Shown here: piece after piece, positions 6,844 to 14,922 of the stretch | Position numbering within the stretch: position 1 is the first letter of the stretch | Layout: each line of letters begins with the position of its first letter | The notes under the pieces: generated by a model | What the model was told of the DNA's origin: nothing | The model's database searches: none | Seen by the model: the letters and a program-made list of their open reading frames with translations, nothing else | IMG/VR virus record: IMGVR_UViG_3300020157_000001 | Coordinates: 1 to 64,000 of that record | Length of the DNA: 64,000 nucleotides | Source of the DNA: a virus | Reading direction: 5' to 3' (one strand) | Program-made: the position numbers and the translations under genes

Positions 6844-7262
6844 CCACCACCCGACAAGCAGAGTTCATCTGCTCCCTCGTAGAGGCAAGGTATCGCACCC
6901 TAGGGTGCGATACCTTGGACGAGGCGGTAGCCAAGGTGTTAGCGCAGGCTGACCTCTTGGACACCAAGGCAGCAAGCATCCTCATCGACCGAATCAAGAG
7001 TTTGCCGCCCGACCCCGATAACGATATGCCCGCTAAGGTCGCCGCATCGGTCAAGAACGGTCGTAACAGCCGCAGCCAGCCGTGTGTTGATTGCAACACA
7101 ATCGTAAATGCCGGTGAGGGTTACTACTACCTCAACAATGGCAAATGGGATATCGTGCATAAGATCGACCAGTGTGTCGAAGCGCACCTCGCCCCCTCTC
7201 TTGAGGCTGGCTACGGCAAGGTGTGTGCTGGTAACAACGGTTGGCCGTGGGGCGCAAAGTGA
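6840..7262 (+). CDS. Hypothetical protein with CxxC...HxxxxC Zn-ribbon-like segment
   Basis: TxRQxxFIxxL...ASxLIDRI helical domain followed by CVDC...HKIDQC. Confidence 0.7.
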   Translation: MTTTRQAEFICSLVEARYRTLGCDTLDEAVAKVLAQADLLDTKAASILIDRIKSLPPDPDNDMPAKVAASVKNGRNSRSQPCVDCNTIVNAGEGYYYLNNGKWDIVHKIDQCVEAHLAPSLEAGYGKVCAGNNGWPWGAK

Positions 7263-7582
7263 CCGCATTCTCACCAACGCCAACGTCATTCATTGTCTTA
7301 GGAATAGTTGGATTCATACTATTCATAGGGGTATGGGTATTCGCATTCTCCGTGGCTAAGCACAAAGAGAATCAGATGACACCTGAAGAACTTGATGCTG
7401 CGTCACCATTAGGTATCAAACCCAGTCAAATGGTGGCAGCAGCATTCGTAGTGAGCACGATCTACTCAACTAATCAATGGTCGAAGCAAGACAAGATTCG
7501 CCATGAGAAGATGATTGCACTAAGAGAAGCACAAAGTGAACAGCAACACTCTGACCCGTTCGGGTCTAGCGGCCGCTACTAG
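7259..7582 (+). CDS. Putative membrane protein
   Basis: GTGA overlap; TM helix FIVLGIVGFILFIGVWVFAFSVA. Confidence 0.65.
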   Translation: MTAFSPTPTSFIVLGIVGFILFIGVWVFAFSVAKHKENQMTPEELDAASPLGIKPSQMVAAAFVVSTIYSTNQWSKQDKIRHEKMIALREAQSEQQHSDPFGSSGRY

Positions 7583-7584
7583 CA

Positions 7585-7601
7585 ATAAAGTAATACTTTA
7601 C
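7585..7601. promoter_or_regulatory. 17-bp palindromic operator-like site
   Basis: ATAAAGTA-A-TACTTTAC, intergenic, followed by CAACAACAAGGAG. Confidence 0.85.
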
Positions 7602-7621
7602 TCAACAACAAGGAGCATAAC

Positions 7622-9151
7622 GTGTCAGTATTAGATGACCTGTTTGCAGGTCTTACCCCAGCAACCGCTGCTACCACAACGGTTGCCACTCAACTCGCAG
7701 TGCCTAAGTTGGCACTCCCACTCAAAGACTTCCAAGAGGAAGCAGTAGAGCACGCTCTACGAGATACCGCCAACCATGGCTACGCATACCTCGCCCTAGA
7801 CATGGGGCTTGGCAAGACACCATGTGGTCTGGCTATCGCTGCTGCCTCAGTAGCCGCAGGCCAACGACCTGTGCTGGTAGTCGTGCCACCATCGCTTCGC
7901 ATCAACTGGAAGCGTGAGGCTGCTAAGTTCACGCCATGGCTGACAGTCGAAACAATCCAAGGCACTCGCCCCGAAGCTGGAGTTTCCAGCCTGCCCGATG
8001 CCGACGTGCTTATCATCGGCTCATCTTCGCTAATGCCTGCCAAAGCTACCAAGGCTGATATCGCTGCTGGTGTTAGAGCGCCTATCGGCTGGTATGACCT
8101 GATGAAGGGCAACATCAAGGGCTTCATCGTTGACGAGGCTCACTTCTTTAAGAATAAGTCGGGGCGCACTAAAGCCTTGAGGGATATCGCTTCCACGACT
8201 ACTGGTATCCGAGTGCTGATGAGCGGCACCCCCACTCCCAACGGTCGCCATGAGGAGCTTGCCAATCAGATTCATATGCTGGGGCGCAAGGCATGGAATG
8301 ACATTGGTGGCGAGGGCGTGTTCTGGACACGCTATGCGCCCCAACACTCATCTGGCTACGGTCGTACAAGTGACGAGTCTGTTGCTCTGTACGAGGCAAT
8401 GACAGCCTCTTGGTACTTCCGTCGCCTCCGTGGTGATGTCATCGAACTACCCAACAAGGGGCGCTCAATGCTTGCCATTGAGGGTCGTGGTGCGGCTGTC
8501 AGTGCATACAAGCGTGCCGAGAAAGACCTCATCTCATGGCTAAAGTCCGAGGGTAAGGATGCCCGTGGTGCTGCAAGGGCTGAGGCTCTTGTTCGTTTGA
8601 CCACTCTACGTCGCCTAGCTGGTGAGGCTAAGGTGCAGGCTGTAGTAAGCCATGTCAAAGATCTGCTTGACGAGGAATCGGGTGGGGTGTTCGTGGTAGC
8701 CGAACACCGCAATGTGATGGACGGCCTCTTGATGGGGCTGTCATCACACCACCCGACCTCAATCGAAGGTGGCATGAGTGACAAGGAGAAGCAGTGGAAC
8801 ATTGACGAGTTCACATCAGGCCGTAGCCGTGTGCTCGTTGGTCAGATCGTTGCCGCTGGCGTGGGACTCACGCTGCACGGTGATGGTAGGAACCGCCGTG
8901 AGGTTGTTGTCCAACTCCCTTGGACTCCAGCCGCCCTCATGCAAGTAGAAGATCGTCTCCACCGCATTGGCCAGACCAAGGATGTGGAGATCGAAGTGTG
9001 CCTAGCAGCAATCGAAGGCACACTCACCATAGACGAACGTCTGTGGGCAATGCTGGAAGCCAAAGCATTCAGCGCATCGTCCATCACCGATGGTGAGGGA
9101 CAGTTCCTACTAGAAGAAGTACAGGGCGAGTTACTTGACTCGTACCGCTAA
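7622..9151 (+). CDS. SNF2-family (HARP/SMARCAL1-like) helicase/ATPase
   Basis: DMGLGKT (motif I), VDEAH (II), SGTP (III), AGVGLTL (V), QVEDRLHRIGQ (VI). Confidence 0.92.
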   Translation: MSVLDDLFAGLTPATAATTTVATQLAVPKLALPLKDFQEEAVEHALRDTANHGYAYLALDMGLGKTPCGLAIAAASVAAGQRPVLVVVPPSLRINWKREAAKFTPWLTVETIQGTRPEAGVSSLPDADVLIIGSSSLMPAKATKADIAAGVRAPIGWYDLMKGNIKGFIVDEAHFFKNKSGRTKALRDIASTTTGIRVLMSGTPTPNGRHEELANQIHMLGRKAWNDIGGEGVFWTRYAPQHSSGYGRTSDESVALYEAMTASWYFRRLRGDVIELPNKGRSMLAIEGRGAAVSAYKRAEKDLISWLKSEGKDARGAARAEALVRLTTLRRLAGEAKVQAVVSHVKDLLDEESGGVFVVAEHRNVMDGLLMGLSSHHPTSIEGGMSDKEKQWNIDEFTSGRSRVLVGQIVAAGVGLTLHGDGRNRREVVVQLPWTPAALMQVEDRLHRIGQTKDVEIEVCLAAIEGTLTIDERLWAMLEAKAFSASSITDGEGQFLLEEVQGELLDSYR

Positions 9152-9154
9152 CCA

Positions 9155-9171
9155 ATAAAGTAATACTTTAC
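9155..9171. promoter_or_regulatory. 17-bp palindromic operator-like site
   Basis: ATAAAGTA-A-TACTTTAC, intergenic, followed by a CA-rich tract and AAGGAG. Confidence 0.85.
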
Positions 9172-9205
9172 TCAACAACAACCACAACCAAACAAGGAGT
9201 TCGCA

Positions 9206-9838
9206 ATGACAAGCTGGTGTATCAATAACTTAGAAGTCATATCCGATGAGGCCACTCGTAAGAGCATCCTCGCAACAGTAACAACTGTGCCGCCAACTGT
9301 TGACGGTATCAACAACGAGGGTCAGGAGGCATACATCTTTCAGAACCTGCTCCCTTGCCCAACTCGCCCAGAAGCTGATGAAATGGACGGATACTATTGG
9401 AGGATTGCCAACTGGGGAACTAAGTGGGCTGACAACAACACAGAGATCACAAGCATGTCAGACGACGACCTTCAGTTCGTCTTCAGCACAGCATGGTCGC
9501 CCCCCTGTGCAGGTATCCAGAACATCTCCAAGAACTACCCAGATGCTCACTTCATCCTGACATGGGAATCCAGCGAGGATTGCTACATGGGCGGTGCTGT
9601 CTACAAGGCTGGCGAGACTCTTCACGAAGTGACCATCGAAGGGGACGATTACCCTCAGTTCGACGGGGACTTCGCCAGTGAAGAAGACGCTGACTCGTAC
9701 CAAAAGTACGCCGACGACATGTGCGATCTTCGTGACCGCATCCAAACCGAACTGTGGGAAGTAACCCAAGACAACGACGAAGGTTGCGGTAAGTGGGGCT
9801 GCAAGGACTGCTACCCCGATGACGAGGTGACACAATGA
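9206..9838 (+). CDS. DUF1281/YubB (Api92-like) ferredoxin-like fold protein
   Basis: WCxNxL, WRIANWGTKW and FSTAWSPP signatures. Confidence 0.8.
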   Translation: MTSWCINNLEVISDEATRKSILATVTTVPPTVDGINNEGQEAYIFQNLLPCPTRPEADEMDGYYWRIANWGTKWADNNTEITSMSDDDLQFVFSTAWSPPCAGIQNISKNYPDAHFILTWESSEDCYMGGAVYKAGETLHEVTIEGDDYPQFDGDFASEEDADSYQKYADDMCDLRDRIQTELWEVTQDNDEGCGKWGCKDCYPDDEVTQ

Positions 9839-10032
9839 CCAACGTCGCTAAGCAATGGATAGTCGTGTTCGGTAGTCCCATCGACGGGCTACGTTTCCAC
9901 GGTCCTTTCGTAGACACAGCATGTGCCTGTGATTACGCAGACAACGTGCGAGATGAACACGGCGAGTTCGGGGAATACTGGATCGCCCCGATAGAAGTCC
10001 TTCCCCATACGGCATGGACGTACACCAGCTAG
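9835..10032 (+). CDS. Hypothetical protein
   Basis: GAGG RBS; GxPxDGLxFxGPF motif. Confidence 0.7.
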   Translation: MTNVAKQWIVVFGSPIDGLRFHGPFVDTACACDYADNVRDEHGEFGEYWIAPIEVLPHTAWTYTS

Positions 10033-10059
10033 TAACCGTGACATAAGTCACATATATAT

Positions 10060-10102
10060 GAGGGGGTATGGCTTGACTGTCATACCCCCTCTTTGTAATA
10101 CT
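10060..10102 (+). promoter_or_regulatory. Putative SigA-type promoter whose -35 hexamer forms the loop of a 13-bp hairpin
   Basis: GAGGGGGTATGGC-[TTGACT]-GTCATACCCCCTC, with TAATACT 17 bp after the -35. Confidence 0.5.
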
Positions 10103-10146
10103 GACCTCTCAACAAGTTCTCTACAACAACAAACAGGAGCAATACC

Positions 10147-11454
10147 ATGGCTAACGCCTCAGCCCTTCGTAAGGGTATGCAAGTAACAGTAACATCCGGT
10201 GTGTACGGTGGCCGTAAGGCAACCGTCATTGACCCAACCGTCATCCCCGACGGTGACCCAAGCGGCCTCCAGCGCCGCATCCTCATTGAGATCGAAGACA
10301 TCGGTGAGACTCACATCTTGCCCCGTCTCATCGACATCGGTGACTCCGTGGCAACTCGTCGTACCGACAAGGATATGGCTGCTCTTCGTACCGACCAGTA
10401 CGAGGAATTTGCGGGGCGCAGTGCCAACCGTGTCTTCCTTGAGAAAGCAGAAGCTATCACCGACCCAATGGACAATGCGCTGGATGTCTTCCGTCCAAGC
10501 CGTGACGTTCTCAAGCGTTTCGTTAGTCGTACGGTGGCTGGCGGTATGACTGACCTTGAGTACCTGCTCGCCATTCGTGACGACCGTAACAGCGATGGGT
10601 ACAGCCCCAACGTGGCATTCGTTGGTGAGACTCAATCAGGCAAGACCATGCTGGTGCAAGCGCTCGCTGTTCTTGCTGCCGACCGTGACGGTCTTCCCAA
10701 GCCATACCCAGTGTTCACACTCAACGGCTCGTCTGGCATCTCGTCTTACGAGTTGTATGGTCAGACCACTGCTGTAGAAGTCAACGGGGGCGAGACACTC
10801 GTATGGATGGAGGGTCTTGTGCCCATGGCACTCAAGTGCGGTGGCTTCCTCTACCTTGACGAGTTTAACGCTGTGCCACCATCACAGGCTGTCGCTATCC
10901 ACCCCATCACTGACGACCGTCGTGAGTTCACCAACTACCAGCGTGCAGTCCCCGATGGTCACAATGGGTTCCGTCCAGAGATCGTCAAGGCTCATAAGAA
11001 CTTATGGGTTCTTACCACTATCAACCCCGGTTACAAGGGGTTGCAGACGTTCTCTGAGGCATTGACCAACCGTTTCGTGTGGTTGGAGTGGGACTACGAC
11101 GAAGAGGTTGAGAAGATTCTCATCCCATCCGTCACCGTTCGTATGATCGGTGAGGCGTTGCGTACACTGCGTGCTCATCGTTCGATCACCGTGCCAGTCG
11201 GTACGTCTGCCTTGCAGAAGCTCAATAATAGCTGTGCCCGATATGGCGTGGACAACGCTGTGTGGAGCTTCACCGCTATGTTCCCACCGAACGAGCGCCC
11301 CAAGGTGACAGCTACCTTGGAAGCACGTGGCTTCCTTGACCTGCTCAAGCAAGAGTTCCCCGACGAAGATCGCATCTTTAAGGGTGCTGTTCCTACTCCG
11401 GTAGTCGAAGAAGAAGAAGCCAAGTCACAGCTTGACTGGCAACCAGCGTTCTGA
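10147..11454 (+). CDS. MoxR/CbbQ/CobS-type AAA+ ATPase with N-terminal KOW-like motif
   Basis: Walker A GETQSGKT, Walker B LYLDEFN, TINPGY, EALTNRF (Arg finger); adjacent to a vWA gene. Confidence 0.88.
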   Translation: MANASALRKGMQVTVTSGVYGGRKATVIDPTVIPDGDPSGLQRRILIEIEDIGETHILPRLIDIGDSVATRRTDKDMAALRTDQYEEFAGRSANRVFLEKAEAITDPMDNALDVFRPSRDVLKRFVSRTVAGGMTDLEYLLAIRDDRNSDGYSPNVAFVGETQSGKTMLVQALAVLAADRDGLPKPYPVFTLNGSSGISSYELYGQTTAVEVNGGETLVWMEGLVPMALKCGGFLYLDEFNAVPPSQAVAIHPITDDRREFTNYQRAVPDGHNGFRPEIVKAHKNLWVLTTINPGYKGLQTFSEALTNRFVWLEWDYDEEVEKILIPSVTVRMIGEALRTLRAHRSITVPVGTSALQKLNNSCARYGVDNAVWSFTAMFPPNERPKVTATLEARGFLDLLKQEFPDEDRIFKGAVPTPVVEEEEAKSQLDWQPAF

Positions 11455-11462
11455 CCTAGCCA

Positions 11463-11517
11463 ATGAGATGAGTGAGTCAAGTATTACTTGACTCACTCAT
11501 CTCATCAATGTTACGTT
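11463..11517. promoter_or_regulatory. 20-bp perfect inverted repeat with the core motif, overlapping a SigA-like promoter
   Basis: ATGAGATGAGTGAGTCAAGT-ATT-ACTTGACTCACTCATCTCAT; TTGACT (11488) N18 TACGTT with a TG extension. Confidence 0.8.
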
Positions 11518-11522
11518 CTCAT

Positions 11523-11543
11523 CAACAACAACAACAACAACAA
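11523..11543 (+). repeat. (CAA)7 tract in the 5' leader
   Basis: Lies directly upstream of the GAGGAGG RBS of the vWA gene. Confidence 0.85.
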
Positions 11544-11561
11544 CAGCAGAGGAGGCCAATC

Positions 11562-13685
11562 ATGGCCAAGCAAGATACCAACAACAACTACAAAGCCAAG
11601 CGGGGCTTAGGAGGCGCAGTCACTCGTCAGCGCCGCCGAGCCGCAGATGGAGTTCGCGCCGACAAGGATGCGTTCTGGGCAAGCAACAGGAATGCTGCCA
11701 TTGACGAGCTAGCTCGCAATCAACGAGAGTTTGAGAACCGTGCCGAGATGCTTCGCAAGCGCTTCATCCGTGGCATCTTTAACTCCACTATCTCCAACTC
11801 AACAGCCGTGACACGTTCACGTGGCTTGACCGCAAGCGTCAGAGCACACGTGACCGAAAACTGGTACGGATTCAGCGCTTACACTGACTTCTCTTCTATC
11901 ACCATCAACTGGCCTGAGAAGATGCTCCCTAAGAGCGACACCGATCACAGCGCAGTGTTGGACTCCATTGCTCAGATTCGTGGAGTGTACTTCCACGAAG
12001 AGGGGCACATTCGCTACACGGTTCCATTCACTCAAGTGTCAAACTCAGTCTATAACTCAGCGCAACCACCCGAGTACAGTGACTATGTGCTAGTCAAGAC
12101 TTGGAACATCTTGGAAGATCAGCGCATGGAGTGTGCAGTAGTTGCAGACGTGCCCCGTATGGCTACCTACTTCACTCCAATGGCTCTCAAGATTCTCCTA
12201 CAGCGTGACACCCCCATTCCAAGCAACGATCTCCGCAGGGCATATATCTTGGTGGCCGGTCGTACCTACCTTGCCGCCAACGTCCGTCAAGAGTGTGCAA
12301 ACGGATTCGACAAGCTGTGCGATGGTTACAACGTACCGAACGGTGCTGCTACTTGGTTTGATATTGTTAGCCGGTATAAGGCAGCAGTAACCAATGCTGA
12401 TCTGTACTCCATCATTGTCGAAGCTCATAAGTTCCTCTGGAGCATCAACGACACGACAGGTGATGGGTACGGCAACGGTGACCACACTAGGCAACGTGAG
12501 AACCCCAACGCAACGCCTGACAAGGGTGCCACCCCCACTGACCCATCGGATGCTCCATCAGATACTACTGATAAGGGTGACGCAGACGATGGTGATGCCG
12601 GTAACGGTGACGCAGACGATGGTGACGCAGACGATGGTGATGCCAAGGGTGACGGTGATGCCAAGGGTGACGGTGATGGTGATGGTGATGCCAGCGACGA
12701 CAATGACTCCAGCCCCTCACCTACCAAGGATACCTACGGTGATGATTCCGGCAAGCCCGTCGAACGTCGTGACGGGGAAGAGCGTGAGGCTCCAACCTCG
12801 TTGCCAGACGGTAGTCAGTCCAACCACGGTGACGGCTCGCATGTCTTCAACAAGGATGCCATTACACAGGCTATCGAAGAAGCTATCGCTGGTGCTGACA
12901 GTGCTGCTCATAATGACACCGAGGTTCTTGACATCTTTGAGAACCTTGGCGAATACGACACGACCTCATCGCTTCCTGAGTACGACGGCTATGTAATAGA
13001 CATGACAGATGCAGAACTGAGCCATGCCAATGACATCACTGTCGGTATCCAGAACGCCCTTGAGACGTACGTGTCAGCGTCGTCACCTCAATGGAGGACT
13101 CACCAAGAGCGGGGGGCTATCCAGCCTCTCCAGTACCGTACCAAGGAGATCGGCTCGCAAGAGTTCCATCGGTACCTTGAGGGTAACGGTAACACTGGTC
13201 TGGACTTGCATGTGTCCATCTTGGCTGATGCGAGTGGCAGCATGGGGTACCACATGACCGAGCTTAGCCAGTTCATGTACGCTGCGAGAAATGCTTGCGA
13301 GTCATTAGGTATCGGTATCACTCAGTCGCTATGGTCATCCGAAGGTCAGAACTACCGCATCTGGAGTTCGGGGCCTAAGCCAGAAGTGTTCCCTGCCATG
13401 GGCGGTACAGAACCCACCATGGCGTTAGATGACCTAGCTACCCACAACCCAGAGGGTGCAAACAATCACCTTGTGTTGGTCTTCACCGATGGTGAATGGT
13501 CATATGAGTTCCCTAGCCTCGCTAGGTGGTCAGCCCCCGGTCGTAGCATCATGTTCATCCGGTACGGTGGTAACTCTGATAAGAGCATGGGCGCTGATAC
13601 TCATATCAGCATCAATAGGGTCAGTGAGCTAGGTGAGCAGTTGACCTACGGCATCAGCGACGTGCTAGCCTCGTCTAGTCACTAA
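11562..13685 (+). CDS. CobT-like protein: HEXXH metallopeptidase-like domain, acidic linker, vWA domain
   Basis: HEEGH...NILEDQRME; D/G-rich linker; MIDAS residues DASGS, GGT, FTDG; GAGGAGG RBS before ATG 11562. Confidence 0.85.
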   Translation: MAKQDTNNNYKAKRGLGGAVTRQRRRAADGVRADKDAFWASNRNAAIDELARNQREFENRAEMLRKRFIRGIFNSTISNSTAVTRSRGLTASVRAHVTENWYGFSAYTDFSSITINWPEKMLPKSDTDHSAVLDSIAQIRGVYFHEEGHIRYTVPFTQVSNSVYNSAQPPEYSDYVLVKTWNILEDQRMECAVVADVPRMATYFTPMALKILLQRDTPIPSNDLRRAYILVAGRTYLAANVRQECANGFDKLCDGYNVPNGAATWFDIVSRYKAAVTNADLYSIIVEAHKFLWSINDTTGDGYGNGDHTRQRENPNATPDKGATPTDPSDAPSDTTDKGDADDGDAGNGDADDGDADDGDAKGDGDAKGDGDGDGDASDDNDSSPSPTKDTYGDDSGKPVERRDGEEREAPTSLPDGSQSNHGDGSHVFNKDAITQAIEEAIAGADSAAHNDTEVLDIFENLGEYDTTSSLPEYDGYVIDMTDAELSHANDITVGIQNALETYVSASSPQWRTHQERGAIQPLQYRTKEIGSQEFHRYLEGNGNTGLDLHVSILADASGSMGYHMTELSQFMYAARNACESLGIGITQSLWSSEGQNYRIWSSGPKPEVFPAMGGTEPTMALDDLATHNPEGANNHLVLVFTDGEWSYEFPSLARWSAPGRSIMFIRYGGNSDKSMGADTHISINRVSELGEQLTYGISDVLASSSH
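12576..12700 (+). repeat. Degenerate GDADD/GDAK coding repeats
   Basis: GGTGACGCAGACGAT and GGTGATGCCAAG units encoding the acidic linker. Confidence 0.85.
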
Positions 13686-13691
13686 ATAGTC

Positions 13692-13749
13692 TCCCTCTGG
13701 GGCGTGGGAACGGTGGAGTTGTTGCTGCCTAGTACCTGCCTCAGGGGGA
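13692..13749 (+). other. Long G-U-rich RNA hairpin after the vWA gene
   Basis: Stem TCCCTCTGGGGCG/TGCCTCAGGGGGA plus inner GGTGG/CTGCC; loop AGTTGTTG; the wobble pairs work only on the + strand. Confidence 0.5.
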
Positions 13750-13780
13750 TGCCCCTCTTATATCTATGAAGGAATATGAA

Positions 13781-13927
13781 ATGATTATCAAATCAAGCAA
13801 ACTACACAAGAAGCACAAGTATGAGTCATGCACTCTCTGCGGACAAGAGTTCACCATTGGCACTTGGACAAAGAGAATCAACAACAGGCATGACGAATGC
13901 CCACCTACACAAGAAGGAGAATCATAA
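13781..13927 (+). CDS. Zn-ribbon-like microprotein (48 aa)
   Basis: AAGGA RBS; CTLC...HDEC; TAATG overlap with the next gene. Confidence 0.55.
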   Translation: MIIKSSKLHKKHKYESCTLCGQEFTIGTWTKRINNRHDECPPTQEGES

Positions 13928-14130
13928 TGAACACATCCGCAACCGACCTCACCAACGCAGCCGACCGCTGCGATGCCGCCGATGAAGCCGTCCGCTCCGC
14001 ACGTTTGGTTCGTGACTCAGCAGAGGACGCATACAAGCTTGCCTGCCGCCTCTACAAAGATGCGCGTGAAGCGGCAAGCGCCGCAAACAAGGCGTACTTC
14101 CACACAGCGAACGGCGTTGTTGGCAAGTGA
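13927..14130 (+). CDS. Ala-rich helical microprotein
   Basis: AAGGAG RBS, ATG at 13927. Confidence 0.65.
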   Translation: MNTSATDLTNAADRCDAADEAVRSARLVRDSAEDAYKLACRLYKDAREAASAANKAYFHTANGVVGK

Positions 14131-14357
14131 TAGTCCTCGCCGCCTATCTCTATGGTGCCGACACCCTCGTTGTGCTCCGGCAAGTGTTATTCCTCGCCGC
14201 ATATCTCTGTGGTGCCGCCATCCTCGTTGCGATCCGGCTTGCGCGGTACGTGCTCCAGCTGCGTCGTGAACTCGACACCGCCTACGACGCCGCCGACGCC
14301 GCCCTCAAAACCGAACTAGACAGAATCAACAAGGAGAATCATAATGAACAGAGATGA
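14127..14357 (+). CDS. Hydrophobic microprotein with internal duplication and ELDRINKE tail
   Basis: GTGA overlap; 57-bp-period repeat (LAAYLxGA twice). Confidence 0.55.
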   Translation: MIVLAAYLYGADTLVVLRQVLFLAAYLCGAAILVAIRLARYVLQLRRELDTAYDAADAALKTELDRINKENHNEQR

Positions 14358-14517
14358 AGCAATCGTCGCCGCCGTAGCCACCTACAACGCCGCCTACGAC
14401 TCCGTTGACTCATTCCTAGATGCCGCCAACAAAGCCGCCAAAGACGCTTATAACAACGCCAGCGATGCCTTCAACGCCGAACTAGACAGAATCAACAAGG
14501 AGTACCCAAGGGCATGA
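14344..14517 (+). CDS. Ala-rich helical microprotein (ELDRINKE family)
   Basis: AAGGAG RBS; MNRDEAIVAAVATYNAAYD...FNAELDRINKEYPRA. Confidence 0.65.
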   Translation: MNRDEAIVAAVATYNAAYDSVDSFLDAANKAAKDAYNNASDAFNAELDRINKEYPRA

Positions 14518-14729
14518 AGTTCCAACGCATAGACAACCCGAACAGCTGGAACCGCTTCCGTTACGAGATCGTGGTGGACGGCAGGGTCGTGGGCACCGTC
14601 ACGCAGCTTGACAAGGCCACATGGAACCGCAGCGCAATATGGCAAGCCAAGATCGGTGACCGCATTGGTCAGGGCAGCACCCGCTCACTCGCCGTCGATT
14701 ACGCACAGGGCCGGGGGCGTGATGAGTGA
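14514..14729 (+). CDS. Hypothetical protein
   Basis: AAGGAG RBS, ATGA overlap. Confidence 0.65.
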   Translation: MKFQRIDNPNSWNRFRYEIVVDGRVVGTVTQLDKATWNRSAIWQAKIGDRIGQGSTRSLAVDYAQGRGRDE

Positions 14730-14922
14730 AGACTTCGTAGAAGAGCTACGTGACTGGGGTGACATCATCAACGGGTCAAAGGGTTCTGCGGTAGTGGTGT
14801 TCGTGTCGGGAGACTTACTACACGAAGCGGCATCAGAGATCGAACGACTACAGGCAGAGATCAAGGTTCTACACATGGCACTTGACAGTAACCATAACGA
14901 GGAAGTAGGGTACCCAGAATGA
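14722..14922 (+). CDS. Hypothetical protein with EAAxEIERL coiled-coil motif
   Basis: MSEDFVEELR...EAASEIERLQ. Confidence 0.65.
   Translation: MSEDFVEELRDWGDIINGSKGSAVVVFVSGDLLHEAASEIERLQAEIKVLHMALDSNHNEEVGYPE

Noticed and set aside
11472-11561. Poly-Gln N-terminus of the vWA protein
   Set aside because: The GTG lies inside the palindrome; GAGGAGG before ATG 11562 shows the CAA tract is leader sequence.
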